Shown here: piece after piece, positions 40,362 to 52,142 of the stretch
Layout of the letters: each line of letters opens with the position of its first letter
How positions within the stretch are numbered: position 1 is the first letter of the stretch
Source of the DNA: Octopus vulgaris
Taxonomy: Eukaryota
Direction of reading: 5' to 3'
NCBI GenBank assembly: GCA_951406725.2
Contig: OX597814.1
Span: forward strand, 129,456,001 to 129,520,000
DNA: 64,000 nucleotides
The notes under the pieces: model-generated
Seen by the model: only the letters and a program-made list of their open reading frames with translations
The model's database searches: none
What the model was told of the DNA's origin: nothing
Position numbers and translations under genes: made by a program

Positions 40362-40859
40362 GTTGAGTCAAGTACATGAACGTCGAAATAAATATCAATG
40401 GAAATAGTAGTTGTGATGCCTGTGCCGGTGGCACATAAAAAGCAGTATCCGAACGTGGCCGATGCCAGCGCCACCCCGACTGGCTTCTGTGCCGGTGGCA
40501 CATAAAAAGCACCATCCGAACGTGGCCGATGCCAGCGCCGCTCCGACTGGCTCCTGTGCCGGTGGCACATAAAAAGACCATCCGAACGTTGCCAGCACCG
40601 CCTTGGCTGGCTTCCGTGCCGCTGGCACGTTAAAAGCTCCAACCGATCGTGGCCGATGCCGGACCACACCTGGCACCTGTGCAGGTGGCACGTAAAAAGC
40701 ACCCACTACTTTCGCGGAGTGGTTGGCGTTAGGAAGGGCATCCAGCCGTAGAAACTTTGCCAGATCAGCCTGGAGCAGCCCCTCGCTTCCCAGACCCCGG
40801 TCGAACCGTCCAACCCGTGCTAGCGCGGAAAACGGACGTTAAATGATGATGATGATGAT
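40362..40859 (+). mobile_element. RTE LINE 3' end, CpG-intact copy with five tandem units
   Basis: Units YGTGCCGGTGGCACRTAAAAAGCACC at ~60-67 nt period; terminal GGAGTGGTTGGCGTTAGGAAGGGCATCCAGC...GGACGTTAAATGATGATGAT shared with the LINE 3' end. Confidence 0.9.
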
Positions 40860-40944
40860 TAGACAAAGGTAAAACAGCTACATCCATGACATAGATTTAT
40901 TTATTTATTTTCCAGACTTCCAGGACAATGAGAAGATGGAAGTT

Positions 40945-41545
40945 ATCCACATGGTTCCAGGTTCAGTCCCACAGCATGGCACCTTGGGCAAGTGTCTTCT
41001 ACTATAGCTTCAAGCCAACTAAAGCCCTGTGAGTAGATTTGGTAGAGGGAAATTGAAAGAAGCCCATCATATATATATATATACACTCTCTTTCGCTCTT
41101 TTACTTGTTTCAGGCATTTGACTGTGGCCATGCTGGAGCACCACCTTTAGTCAAGCAAATCGACCCCAGGACTTATTCTTTGTAAGCCTAGTACTTATTC
41201 TATCGGTCTCTTTCGCCGAACCACTAAGTTATGGGGACGTAAACACATCAGCATTGGTTGTCAAGGGGTGACAAACACAGACACACAAACATACATATAT
41301 ATATATATATATATATGTATGAATACATCTACATGTGTCTGTCTTTGTGTTGGTTCCCCATCACCACTTAACTGGTGTTGGTGAGTTCACGTCCCTGTAA
41401 CTTAGTGGTTCAGCAAAAGAGACCAATAGAATAAGTACAAGGCTTTAAAAAAAAAGTCCTGGGGTCAATTTGTTCAAGTAAAACCTTTCAAGATGGTGCT
41501 CCAGCATGGCCACAATCAAATGACTGAAACAAGTAAAGGAATAAA
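40945..41545. mobile_element. Plus-strand family A SINE with an inverted family A 3' half (41087-41300) inserted in its microsatellite
   Basis: Head + (40945-41085), tail - (41087-41300), tail + (41335-41545). Confidence 0.82.
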
Positions 41546-41757
41546 AGAATACTGGAAACCCGTCTTAAAAGGCACTCAGTATAACATGATCCAAGAGACA
41601 TATTAAGTCCACAACACACAGAGAGTAAATGTCCTTTGGAGGGGACTTCCAGTTTCAATGTACCAAATCTCATTTAAAAGGATTTGGTCAACAAAGCACA
41701 CACACACACACTATCGTTGAAGAGAACAGCTTCAAAAACACACTCATTACATAATCA

Positions 41758-42110
41758 AGCGTGGCTGTGTGATAAGTTTGCTTCCCAACCACATGGTTGG
41801 TACCTTGGTACTCACTCACTGGGTGGTACCTAGGGGAAGTGTCTTCTACTATAGACTCGGGTCGACCAAAGCCTTCTGAGTGGATTTGGTAGACGGAAAC
41901 TGGAAGAAAGCCGTCATATATATTATGTATGTGTGAGGCAGTGTGTACCACCGTTTGACAACCGGTATTGGTGCGTTTACGTCCCCGTTACTTAGCTGTT
42001 CGACGAAAGAGATTGACAGAATAAGTGGGGTCGATTCATTCGACTAAAATTCTTCAATGCGGTGCCCCAGCATGGCAACAGTCTAATAACTGAAACCAGT
42101 AAAAGGCAAA
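41758..42110 (+). mobile_element. SINE family A
   Basis: Head, body and tail. Confidence 0.8.
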
Positions 42111-42289
42111 ACAGAAAAAAAAATTTCAAGCAGGAAGCGCGAATAGCACATAACTACACAACAATGACAAGTTTAAACATTCGCTACTGTCAACACGATG
42201 ACATCATCACAGACGTTGGACGAAGCTGACTTCACCCATACATATACACACACATATACAAACCAACAGAAGATTTCGCTAATATTTAC

Positions 42290-42369
42290 CAAAAAAAATA
42301 CTAGAGCCCGTCATTCAGTTATATAACATTTCTAATACGCATTCTGAAGAATGCAACGTTGCCAAAACC
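42290..42369 (-). other. Candidate non-coding exon
   Basis: Branch-like TTAAC, acceptor TTGTTTGTGTTACAG, donor TG|GTAAAT; contains only a short uORF. Confidence 0.3.
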
Positions 42370-42504
42370 CTGTAACACAAACAATGGTTAAAACAAGGCT
42401 CAATCTAACAATGTGGATATATATATATATATATATTTATATATATGTACATATCTACATATATGTGTGTGTGTATATGTACATATGTATGTATGTATAT
42501 TTAT

Positions 42505-42652
42505 TTATTTCTTTATTGCCCACAGGGGGGGGGTTAAACATAGAGGGGACAAACAAGGACAGACAAAGAGTTAAGTCGATTACATCGACCCCAGTGCGTA
42601 AACTGGTACTTATTTAATCGACCACGAAAGGATGTAAGGTAAAGTCAACCTT
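42505..42652 (-). mobile_element. SINE family B, 3' part
   Basis: Same core and tail. Confidence 0.8.
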
Positions 42653-42697
42653 ATTGGGGATGTACTTGCATAGCAAGTGACCTGATCTGAGATCGTA

Positions 42698-42811
42698 TGG
42701 AAGGTGTTTATAAGCCATTCGTCTCCAAGCGACGAGAATATTTTGACAAATTAAATTTAAATGTTGAAGTGAATGTTGTGCGTTTCTTAAATGGCTTATA
42801 AACACCTTCCA
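42698..42811. repeat. 22-bp perfect inverted repeat with 70-bp spacer
   Basis: TGGAAGGTGTTTATAAGCCATT / AATGGCTTATAAACACCTTCCA. Confidence 0.9.
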
Positions 42812-42821
42812 CGCTGCAATT

Positions 42822-42852
<31 letters not shown>

Positions 42853-44074
42853 AGAACAGTAACAATCGGTTCTCTTCATCTTAAGTATGAAACTAAATGC
42901 GTTCAAGGGAGATCCGGGCCGCATTCAAACGATGCACCGCACCTGAGTAAAAATAAAATAGTACTTCGTTGGCGAGATAACCCCCCATTTTTTAATAGGG
43001 GTGAGATAACCCAAAAGTATATATATATATCGTGCGTGATCAAATACACATATTTTGAGCTCGACTTCCCAAATTGTACAGCAGAACGCACGCACGCATG
43101 TGTGTTTGAGTGTGTGTGTACACATCCACACAAAGGCGCTTTTCTGTAGCTTCCGTCGACAGAATTCCATTCACAAAATATTTGTTAAACTGCCAAGGCT
43201 ATGGATCGAACCTTAAACCAAGTGGAATCTGAAACGAATTCTTAACCATGCGGCTCTTGGTAGTTTTATAAGTACTAGTCAAATAATACCATCAACAGAC
43301 CATAGCTTTTTTGTTTTTTTTTTTTTGTTTTTGTTTCCTACAGATATGCGGTCTTGTATGTACCAAGGTTAAAAATCGAACCGACTCTACTGATGATCTG
43401 AGAAAAGGTCTCAAGTATCATCTCTCTCCTTCCCTCCCTCTCTCTTACTTTCTCTCTCTCTCTCTCTCTAGCATCTCATGTTTATGTCTACTCTGGGAAC
43501 AACAAATTACAGCAACTGCTATTTCAGTTCAAGTTAGAACCAATGTTATGGAATGAAAGGTTGGGTAGAGAGAGAGAGAGAGAGAGACTGAGAGAGAGAG
43601 GTGGAGTTGAATGATCGATGTTGTTTACAAACAGAGAAAGACATAATAAAAGAAAAGTAATTTATATGGTTGTTTGCCACTGTATCATGCATACTGCCAT
43701 AGTATTTAACAAGAACAATGAAAACTAATAGTGCTTCTCACAAAAACACCTTTGCATTAATAAAAAATGAAAAAAAAAAAAAACAATACTACCACCACCA
43801 CCACCTACAATGAATAACGAATGAGTTTCTATGTGGTTACTCGACATGCAGTAAATAGCTGCCAAATCTCCTTCGAATCGCACAATCTTAACCGTTTGCC
43901 TGTCCAAATCACTTTCATAGAATGTCCTAAACGTTCAGTGCTTTGTTTTCGCGAAAAAAGAAAGAAAAAGGAATATGCATCGTATACGATTAGGGACACC
44001 AGAGGAATGTATAGAAAGAAGGATAACAGGATACACTAGCACATTAACCAGGGATATATGTCCAGTGTATCATA

Positions 44075-44309
44075 CTTAAGAAGGGCGGTCCCAGTGCGCG
44101 CACTCGCGTATCCGCGCTAGCTAGTCGTGACTAGTCGATCCTACAACGACTACCTAGCAAAGTAAATAAAACACAAAATAAATCATTTTTTTACACGAAG
44201 TAAATAATTTTTTTTAAACAAAGTAAATAAAACACAAAAACACAAAGTAAGGATCGACTAGTCAAGACTAGCTTGCGCGAGTGCGCGCACCGGGACCACT
44301 CTTCTTAAG
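44075..44309. mobile_element. MITE with ~60-bp CpG-rich terminal inverted repeats
   Basis: CTTAAGAAGGGCGGTCCCAGTGCGCGCACTCGCG..CTAGTCGATCCT and its reverse complement; TA (or TTAA) flanks. Confidence 0.88.
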
Positions 44310-44783
44310 TAGTACCTCATATGTGATAAGCAGGACATGCAAAGAATACACTGGCTAATCTAAATCCTTACAGTTGGGACGTTTTTTGATAACACGACCA
44401 AAACGACCAGTACTAACCTGGTGTTAAATAACAGCAGCAACAAATAAATGACACAGATGTGTATAGGCCATATTTCTAAAAGAAACAACTGCCTATATGG
44501 ATAGAACTTGCCTTTTCAATATCAATAAAGATCTTGACTAACAACACAACAATATTTTCTTTGCCAATAATAATGAGGCTTTAGATAGACAATCATCATT
44601 TGGTTACATCTAAGGTCGGAGACCAGTATGTTTACAATTACGAAAACAAAACACTGCGCCAAAAAAGTCGTAATTTCTTCAGATGCCTATGTATGTTTGA
44701 AGCATCGTAAATTTAGGAATTGGCAAAAAATGAGAAAAAGACATAATAATGATAAAACTGGAAGGCGGGATGTTGTTACCCAC

Positions 44784-44910
44784 CTCTTACGTAATTTTTT
44801 TAGTTTTAACATTCATTTGAAAATGTTTTTTTTTTTTCATTTAATTTCTATCTTGAAAAAATTGAGATTATTCTTCTTCTTCAAAAATATGCATAACTAT
44901 TTTAAAACAT
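44784..44910 (-). other. Candidate non-coding exon
   Basis: Strong acceptor TTTTTTTGTTTGCTTTTCAG; donors GTAAGA (exon end 44791) or GAG|GTGGGT (exon end 44784). Confidence 0.3.
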
Positions 44911-45093
44911 CTGAAAAGCAAACAAAAAAAAAAATGGGAAAAAAAGTCAAAGCAAATATTACCCCCAACCTCGTTTATTTATTCATTTATTTATTTCAGA
45001 ATCGTAATCGGCGATGCTTAAAACATACCGAAGAAATTCTAGTTAATGGCACACAAGATAATTTCCGACTCTATTCCATAGGAACGTCATGTA

Positions 45094-45094
45094 G

Positions 45095-45179
<85 letters not shown>
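45094..45179. repeat. (GT)n(AT)n microsatellite
   Basis: Direct read. Confidence 0.95.
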
Positions 45180-45183
<4 letters not shown>

Positions 45184-45848
45184 AGGGTATCTAAGAGATA
45201 CCACCACGCTGGAAATAGCAGCCAAAACTTAACTCTAAAACCAAATTATATTTAAATAACGATCTTATCATTATATATAATATATATATATATATATATA
45301 CACACTGCTGTTTACATATTTTGGCAAATCCGCGCGTGTGCCTTAACAGTAGTTAAAGGAAGGTTTGGGCTACGAAAAAAAATTAACAAAATTCCTCCCC
45401 AGAAATATAGTAGATGCTATTTCAAAGACACAGTCTCCATGTCTTCGACGATGCCACGAGTGATAATAACAATATATAGTAATTGAGGGACTGGTTAATT
45501 TACAATAACGTCCTTACATTTTGACCTAAGAAGTGAATATGTATATGAAACATATATTATATAACGATGGAAGATTATATTGACCATTGCGTATTGTAAT
45601 ATGAAATACAATGAAGAAATGTTTATTGAAAGGGACGGGCGTATGTATATATATGAAGGTATTGAATTTAAAGTAAATCGATAACGGACAGTAAAATGTA
45701 AACATAAATATTATGCAACAAACATGTTTGTACACCAGATGATGTCTTTGCCAAAATTGGAACATTGTTATGATGCATGCTTTTTTTTTTTTAAATTACA
45801 CACGTACACCTATTTTATATACATGCATGTGTGTGTGTGTGTATATAT

Positions 45849-46174
45849 ACTCTTTTACTTGTTTCAGTCATTTGACTGCGGCCATGCTGGAGCACCGCCT
45901 TTAGTCGAGCAAATCGACCCCGGGACTTATTCTTTGTAAGCCTAGTACTTATTATATCGGTCTCTTTTGCCGAACCGCTAAGTGACGGGGACGTAAAAAC
46001 ACCAGCATCGGTTGTCAAGCAATGCTAGGGGGACAAACACAGACACACACACATACATATATATACATATATACGACAGACTTCTTTCAGTTTCCGTCAA
46101 CCAAATCCACTCACAAGGCATTGGTCGGCCCGGGGCTATAGCAGAAGACACTTGCCCAAGATGCCACGCAGTGG

Positions 46175-46176
<2 letters not shown>
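45849..46176 (-). mobile_element. SINE family A, CpG-intact
   Basis: Lacks the extreme 5' end; flanked by (TA)n. Confidence 0.9.
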
Positions 46177-46241
<65 letters not shown>

Positions 46242-46247
46242 CACATG

Positions 46248-46427
46248 ATAGATCGCTAGCCACTTTACATTCTTTATTTTCTCTCCTTGTTTTTTTTTTT
46301 CTGTGTTCCTTTCTATGGAAGAGCGTAGGCTCAAAACCTTAAAGACTTTTTCACTTCCCGAGCGTTATACTAATACATCTGTTTACCACCTGTCTTCGTC
46401 TTTTTTTTTTTTTTTTTTGTGAATTCT

Positions 46428-46430
<3 letters not shown>
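46248..46430 (+). mobile_element. Short Penelope-like non-autonomous repeat with a decayed hammerhead-like motif (46309-46346)
   Basis: CTTT-CTATGGA-AGAGCGTAGGCTC-AAAAC-CTT-AAAG, embedded in (TA)n. Confidence 0.4.
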
Positions 46431-46473
<43 letters not shown>

Positions 46474-46599
46474 TATCATATGTCTGTGTGAATGAATGTA
46501 TAAGTATTCTATATATATATATATATTTATATTCACACACACGCACACATACATATATATTTGCGAACGCATATGCATACACCTACGCACATCAATATA

Positions 46600-48420
46600 A
46601 CGTCTGTTTCCCCTGCCTATATGGGTTAGACGGGGGCCCTCTCCAAACGTCCCACTAATTGTTGCATTCTTTTGTCAGGTCCTTTGTGAGATTTAGTATC
46701 CTTCAGGCGAGCCTTCACCACTTCTGGTCTGCCACTGATTCATTGCACATGAACCGCCAGGCACTTCTTCACCCATCTGTCTTCATCCATACACATTACG
46801 GATCCACACCAACTTAGTCGTCTACACAACTGATTACATTTACATCCAATTTTTCTGTCAGTTTGTCTGTGCCTTGTTATTAATACACACTAATATTTTG
46901 CATCCAGTATTCCTTTCCTCTTGTACACAACCTCTGCACTCAGTACCCACATCCTCACTACTATGCAGCATCATTTTATTTTTTGCGCCCTTTTTAAAGA
47001 CTAGCCAGGCTCATGGGCCCGGTTTCAATGGTGAATGTGTTCCCTAGCTGGACGGGACGCCAGTCCATCGCAGCGTTACTCATTTTTGCCAGCTGAGTGG
47101 ACTGGGGCAACGTGAAATGAAGTGTTTTGCTCAAGACCACAACGTGTCGCCCGGTCCAGGAATCGAAACCCCAATCTTACGATCATGATGCTGACACCCT
47201 AACCACTAAGCCATGCGCCTCCACACACAAGCATCATACAAGCTACCTTTTGCTCAAAGAAGGAATCTCCTTGTTGCCAGCAAAGATAATACATCTCCCT
47301 GAATTTCTCCAGTTAATTCTAACTTTGGCTGACAATGGCTTCAGAGTACCCTCCTTCACCACTTATTAGGTTAGCTAAATAAAAGAAATTATCAACTATT
47401 TTAAACAGTCTTCTAAATAGTGCAAAGTGTTTATTTTATTGGTGCTCTCAGGGTCAACTACTATACATTTACCACAGGCAAAATCTTTATTCACAGTCAG
47501 CCTGCCTTTGATTCCACTTCACTTCATGTGCACCCACAGAAAATATTGAGAAATTGTATTGAATTTTTACCAACTATTTTTCTGCATATTGAGCAGGCCC
47601 CATTTCCCTGATGATAACAGTGCCATGTCTTCTTTCCTACTAAATAAAATTTTATTTTTTACTACGTTTACTGAGGCTTTTGATCCTCACTTTTGCTTCC
47701 ATGTCTAGTTTTTCTTCTCTAATTCCTCCACAGCCTAAAGATCAGGTCATCATCAAGTAGAAGTTCCTAAGACCTAATTTACCTGATATTTTACTATTAT
47801 CGCCTGGAGAACTATAATTAACCTTGACAAACCTATTTGCACTCTAAATTCTTCTCTGAACTCAATGACAAATCTCATTTGTTGACTGCATATCTATATA
47901 TGGTTGCACCATTCTCACCAACTTTTACTATACTTTGGATCAATAAATGCTAGGTAGAGAGGCCTACTCTTAGCTAAGAACTTCTCTTGCAGCTGTCTTT
48001 TATAAAGTTAACCTCAGTAGAATTCAGACAAGGAACAAATCCCAACTGCATCTCATCAGAGCAAATTCTTTCCTTAATCAATCATGCTAAGACTGTTACT
48101 TTCATAACATGCTCTACTGGTCTGATACTTCTGTTGTAGCTCCTTTTTAGAGTGTCTCCTTTACCCTTTCAGCAGTTGACGATGATAATGAAATACCAGT
48201 TACTAGCTTCTCAGTATTACTCAACTGACCATGCAGGTGACTAATTTGAATCCTATTCACCAGACATTTTACATATAATCAACATCTCAATGACTACACT
48301 AGATGGATCACCTGCTTTCCCCAACTTCATATCCTTAATGGCCACTTTTGTCTGTTACATCTGTCTATCACAATAGCTGGTCCCTCCACTGAGTATAATA
48401 AGGGAGATCCTCTTCCTTCC
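46600..48420 (-). mobile_element. Highly decayed RTE LINE fragments, interrupted by a SINE
   Basis: Minus-strand remnants VEGPAIVID..KVAIKDMKLGKAG, WRKFRE..LYDACV and RRLSWCGSVMCMDEDRWVKKC match the 54.9-56.6 kb element. Confidence 0.7.
46975..47224 (-). mobile_element. tRNA-derived SINE, family C-related (relatives at 23125-23370 and 12590-14216)
   Basis: GGAGGCGCATGGCTTAGTGGTTAGGG..TTCGATTCC head; CCAGTCCACTCAGCTGGCAAAAATGAG core. Confidence 0.83.
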
Positions 48421-48701
48421 ACATGCATATACAACTGTATACATACATAGGTATACACATACATACATGTGTGTACTTTCTATTCAACTGTGGTTACTTC
48501 TGTAACCACCAATAGATTTATATATACACATATACGAACATACACATGTCAACAGGTACAACAAATTGAGTATGTAGGTGGGGGACCCACCAGAGCTAAG
48601 CCCCTCTTACTTTTCATAGCTCTACGGGCCATAACCGAGTGCAAGAAAGAAGTCTGTGCTGGTATAGGTATATGAAACATATGGAGGATGTCAGTTATGT
48701 A

Positions 48702-48912
48702 CAGGGTGTGACAGAAATACCTCCCACATTTTAAACGTTCACCTATGTGTTGCTAATGAACTTATGCAAGTGCCAATGATGTTTTCATTTCGCTAATGAA
48801 CAAAATCTGTAACCCTTTGTTTAAACAACAGTAAAATTATTTTTTCATAAATGCTGTTTCTTTTACCTTTTGTCAACCTTTCAAATGTGGAAGGTATTTC
48901 TGCCACACCCTG
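48702..48912. mobile_element. Tc1/mariner-type MITE inside an RTE fragment
   Basis: ~30-bp TIR CAGGGTGTGRCAGAAATACCTYCCACATTT with TA on both sides. Confidence 0.9.
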
Positions 48913-49296
48913 TAGAACACTATGAATGGAACCTGTGGAAGAGGGAGACTGAATAAAAAACATGGGACAAAGTGAAGATTGACCTCAAGATGTCGCATTT
49001 CATAAAAGAGATAACAAAAGACCATGATAATTGGCAACAGGTGATGCTGAAGAAGACCTGACTACTCAAGCAAGCGTAGCAAAACATAGGGGAGCATATA
49101 TAAATTATGCCTATATCTGGGTATTTTTCCCATCTTGTATTACAAAGTGTTCCCATGCAGCCCCTATTGCCTATTCAGTACTCACTCATCTCTATTGCTC
49201 CCTTTCCTAGTCACTGTACCATGCTACAGATGATTTGGAATGAACATTTGATTGTTTACAACCATCACATGATGTCAAAACAAGGATTCCTATACC

Positions 49297-49338
<42 letters not shown>

Positions 49339-49364
49339 GGAGTTAACGCAGGTGTAAACAAGTA

Positions 49365-49460
49365 TTTTTACTTTCGACACATGTTTCGAAAATTCCACTG
49401 ATACTATTCAAAAGAATAAATGGTATAAACAATGCAATCTTCTCTTCGGAAAAGTGAAAA
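49365..49460 (-). ncRNA. Type I hammerhead ribozyme-like motif, probably Penelope-element associated
   Basis: ACTTTT-CCGAAGA-[stem II GAAGATTGCATTG..CAGTGGAATTTTC]-GAAAC-ATGT-GTC-GAAAGT. Confidence 0.6.
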
Positions 49461-49634
49461 AAACGAAACTCGTCAATACGACATTTTAGCAAAAAATGAT
49501 GGATGTGTATACCTTTATAAACAAGGAGTTACAACACCTTTACTTGTGAGATTTTTGCTGCCCTGGTAACTATTTATTTATTTTTCCATGTTAATTGTTA
49601 ACAAGGTAAAAATACACTCAACTATTTATATATA

Positions 49635-51250
49635 TATATAAAGGCTAAATGTCTTGAAATTTTTATGTCTCCTTTATCAGTAACAATTTGATATAGTGGT
49701 GAACAGTCAGTAGCATTGGAGAGCACAAAGATTAAGGTAGAAGTTGAGAAAAACTTAGTTGACATAGAGGACTAGAAGCCATCTGACTATTGGAAAAAAG
49801 TTGGCTGTGTTGTGATGATTTGCACTGGGTATGACTGCTGCTCAATGCTCTGTGAATACCATAAAGGCTGTAAGACATGAGATTGACAACTACAACAGAG
49901 ATTAGGAAGCCATGTCCAGCAAGAAGGGACACAGAAGGCATTCTGACTGTGTCCACGTGCCTGAATTCATCCAACAACTGCACAACAAGGTGATAGAAGA
50001 CCTGAGTAAGGGAATCCAGGCTTTGATGAGAAAGATGGGTGTCGGAGTTGCCACCAGGAAGCTGGCACTAAATGAGGACCTTCACTATCACTTGCACAAG
50101 AGGCACAAGGGACAAATTTTGACAGCCTAAGCCAAGGAGAACCACTTGATGAAGGTAAAGAAACTCTTGAACAAGCTGAGGTATCCTGTCGAACTAGGGA
50201 TAATCTGGTTCTTCTTAGATGTAAAGAACTTCAGCCAGGACCAGTTGCACAACACCCAGAATAACAGGTAGCTTGCCTACAGCCCATGTTATGCTCCACA
50301 TATTAGGAAGTGCCCCACAACAGTGATAGTCTTTGGGAGTCTCCAGTAAGGATGAAATCATGGCGTGACAAATTTTGAACAGGTCCTTAGGCTCAATTCA
50401 GATGGTTATGTGAAGATGCTGCTGACTGTTCAATCCCTAGCAGGAGATGGTTGCTGCTGGAAGGCTACTTGTGTGGCAGCAAGATTCAGCTCCTTGCCAT
50501 ACCTCCAGAAGGAGTCAGAAGTGCTTGCTGGAGAATTTCTATGACTCCACCAGCCCCAATTCATGACCTCCTAATTCCCCCAACTGTAATCGTGGTTGAC
50601 AAAGACACTAACCACTCTGCCTGCAACACCAAGGCCAAGCTGGTGGCCAAGTGCAAAGGAGGTGTCCAAAGATCTCAGGGACGTGGTGAGGAATAGTCTT
50701 AAGGCCATGGTGAAACTGAGGGTGGCTACTGAGAGTAAACCGTTATCTCCCAGCTACAATCTAGTTGATACTCTTTACTCTTACTCTTTTATTTGTTTCA
50801 GTCATTTGACTGCAGCCATGCTGGAGCACTGCCTATGGTCGAGCAAATCGACCCCAGGACTTATTCTTTGTAAGCCTAGTACTTATTCTATTGGTGTGTT
50901 TTGCTGAACCGCTAAACACACCACCATCGGTAGTCAAGCGATGTTGGGGGACAGACACACAAACATATACACACATACATATATATATATATATATACAA
51001 CAGGCTTCCTTCAATTTCCATCTATCAAATCCACTCACAAGGCTTTGGTCGGCCTCAGGCTATAGTAGAAGATACTTGCCCAAGGTGCCACGCAGTGGGA
51101 ATGAACCCGGAACCATGTGGTTGGTAAGTAAGCTACTTACCACACAGCCACTCCTGCACCTATATTTTTTGATTTTTTAAAAATACTTTTATTTCTGGAT
51201 GCAATATTGTGTTTTCCTTTTACATAAACTGTCAAATTTTGCTCTGTATA
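49635..51250 (+). mobile_element. Decayed Tc1/mariner-superfamily transposon (maT/DD37D-like) interrupted by a SINE at 50770-51162
   Basis: IWFFLDVKNFSQDQLHNTQNNR and WQQDSAPCHTSRRSQK.LLENFYD.TSPN..PPNSPNCN, with stops and deletions. Confidence 0.8.
50770..51162 (-). mobile_element. SINE family A inserted in a DNA transposon
   Basis: Full head and tail. Confidence 0.88.
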
Positions 51251-51849
51251 TGCATAAATACATATTTTATATATGCATAGATATATATATGTATATATAT
51301 TTACACGATGGGTTGTCTTCAGTTTCCATATATCAAGTCTACTCCCAAAGCTTTAGTCAATCTGGGACAAGTAAAGGACACTTGTGCATGATACCATTCA
51401 GCGGGGCTGAAACCAAGACCACATGGCTGGAAAACAAGCTTTTTAATCACATAGCCATGCCTGAAATAGGGGAAAGCATGAATTTTACCCGTGCTCATTC
51501 CTACACCACAACTGTCCATATTTTTCTATCTCTAATTTTCCTCATCACGATGCTTGGGTTGGTAATGAGGTGCTGCATTAGAGCTATCAATCTCCAATGC
51601 ACCTATTTTCTCTTGCCGCTTACAAGGCCACCTCTCTAGTGCTTGGGACCATGATAAAATGTACTCAAAACAGTAAGTAAAGTGGTTGGTATTGAGAAGG
51701 GGCACTCAGCTACTGAAACCATGCCAAAAATAATACGTGTGGGTAAGACACGGTACCCCAAGACGTTTAGAGGAACAGAAAGCTCCTAATAAGAACTGGC
51801 CCAGCATGAAAGCAGATGTCAAATTATGACTATGATATATATGATATAT

Positions 51850-51882
<33 letters not shown>

Positions 51883-52073
51883 AAACCAACATACACACAG
51901 ATTTATTATATAATACGTGTGTACGTGTTTGTAAATAAATTTATGTAATATGTGTTCAAAAATATGTGCTTCCATGAAGAACTAATGAAGTTCCGCCTAT
52001 TTTATGTTGGTGATCCAAATTTCATTGTCTGCCAACCATAACAAATAATCACGAGTCACAACAAAAATAAAGC

Positions 52074-52142
<69 letters not shown>

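Noticed and set aside
40421-40703. Twister, pistol or preQ1 identity for the tandem units
   Set aside because: Only superficial motifs (UGCCGGU, UAAAA) are shared; the required additional stems and conserved residues are absent.
44628-45185. 185-aa plus-strand ORF
   Set aside because: Low-complexity K/F/YI content from homopolymers and (TA)n; no recognisable domain.
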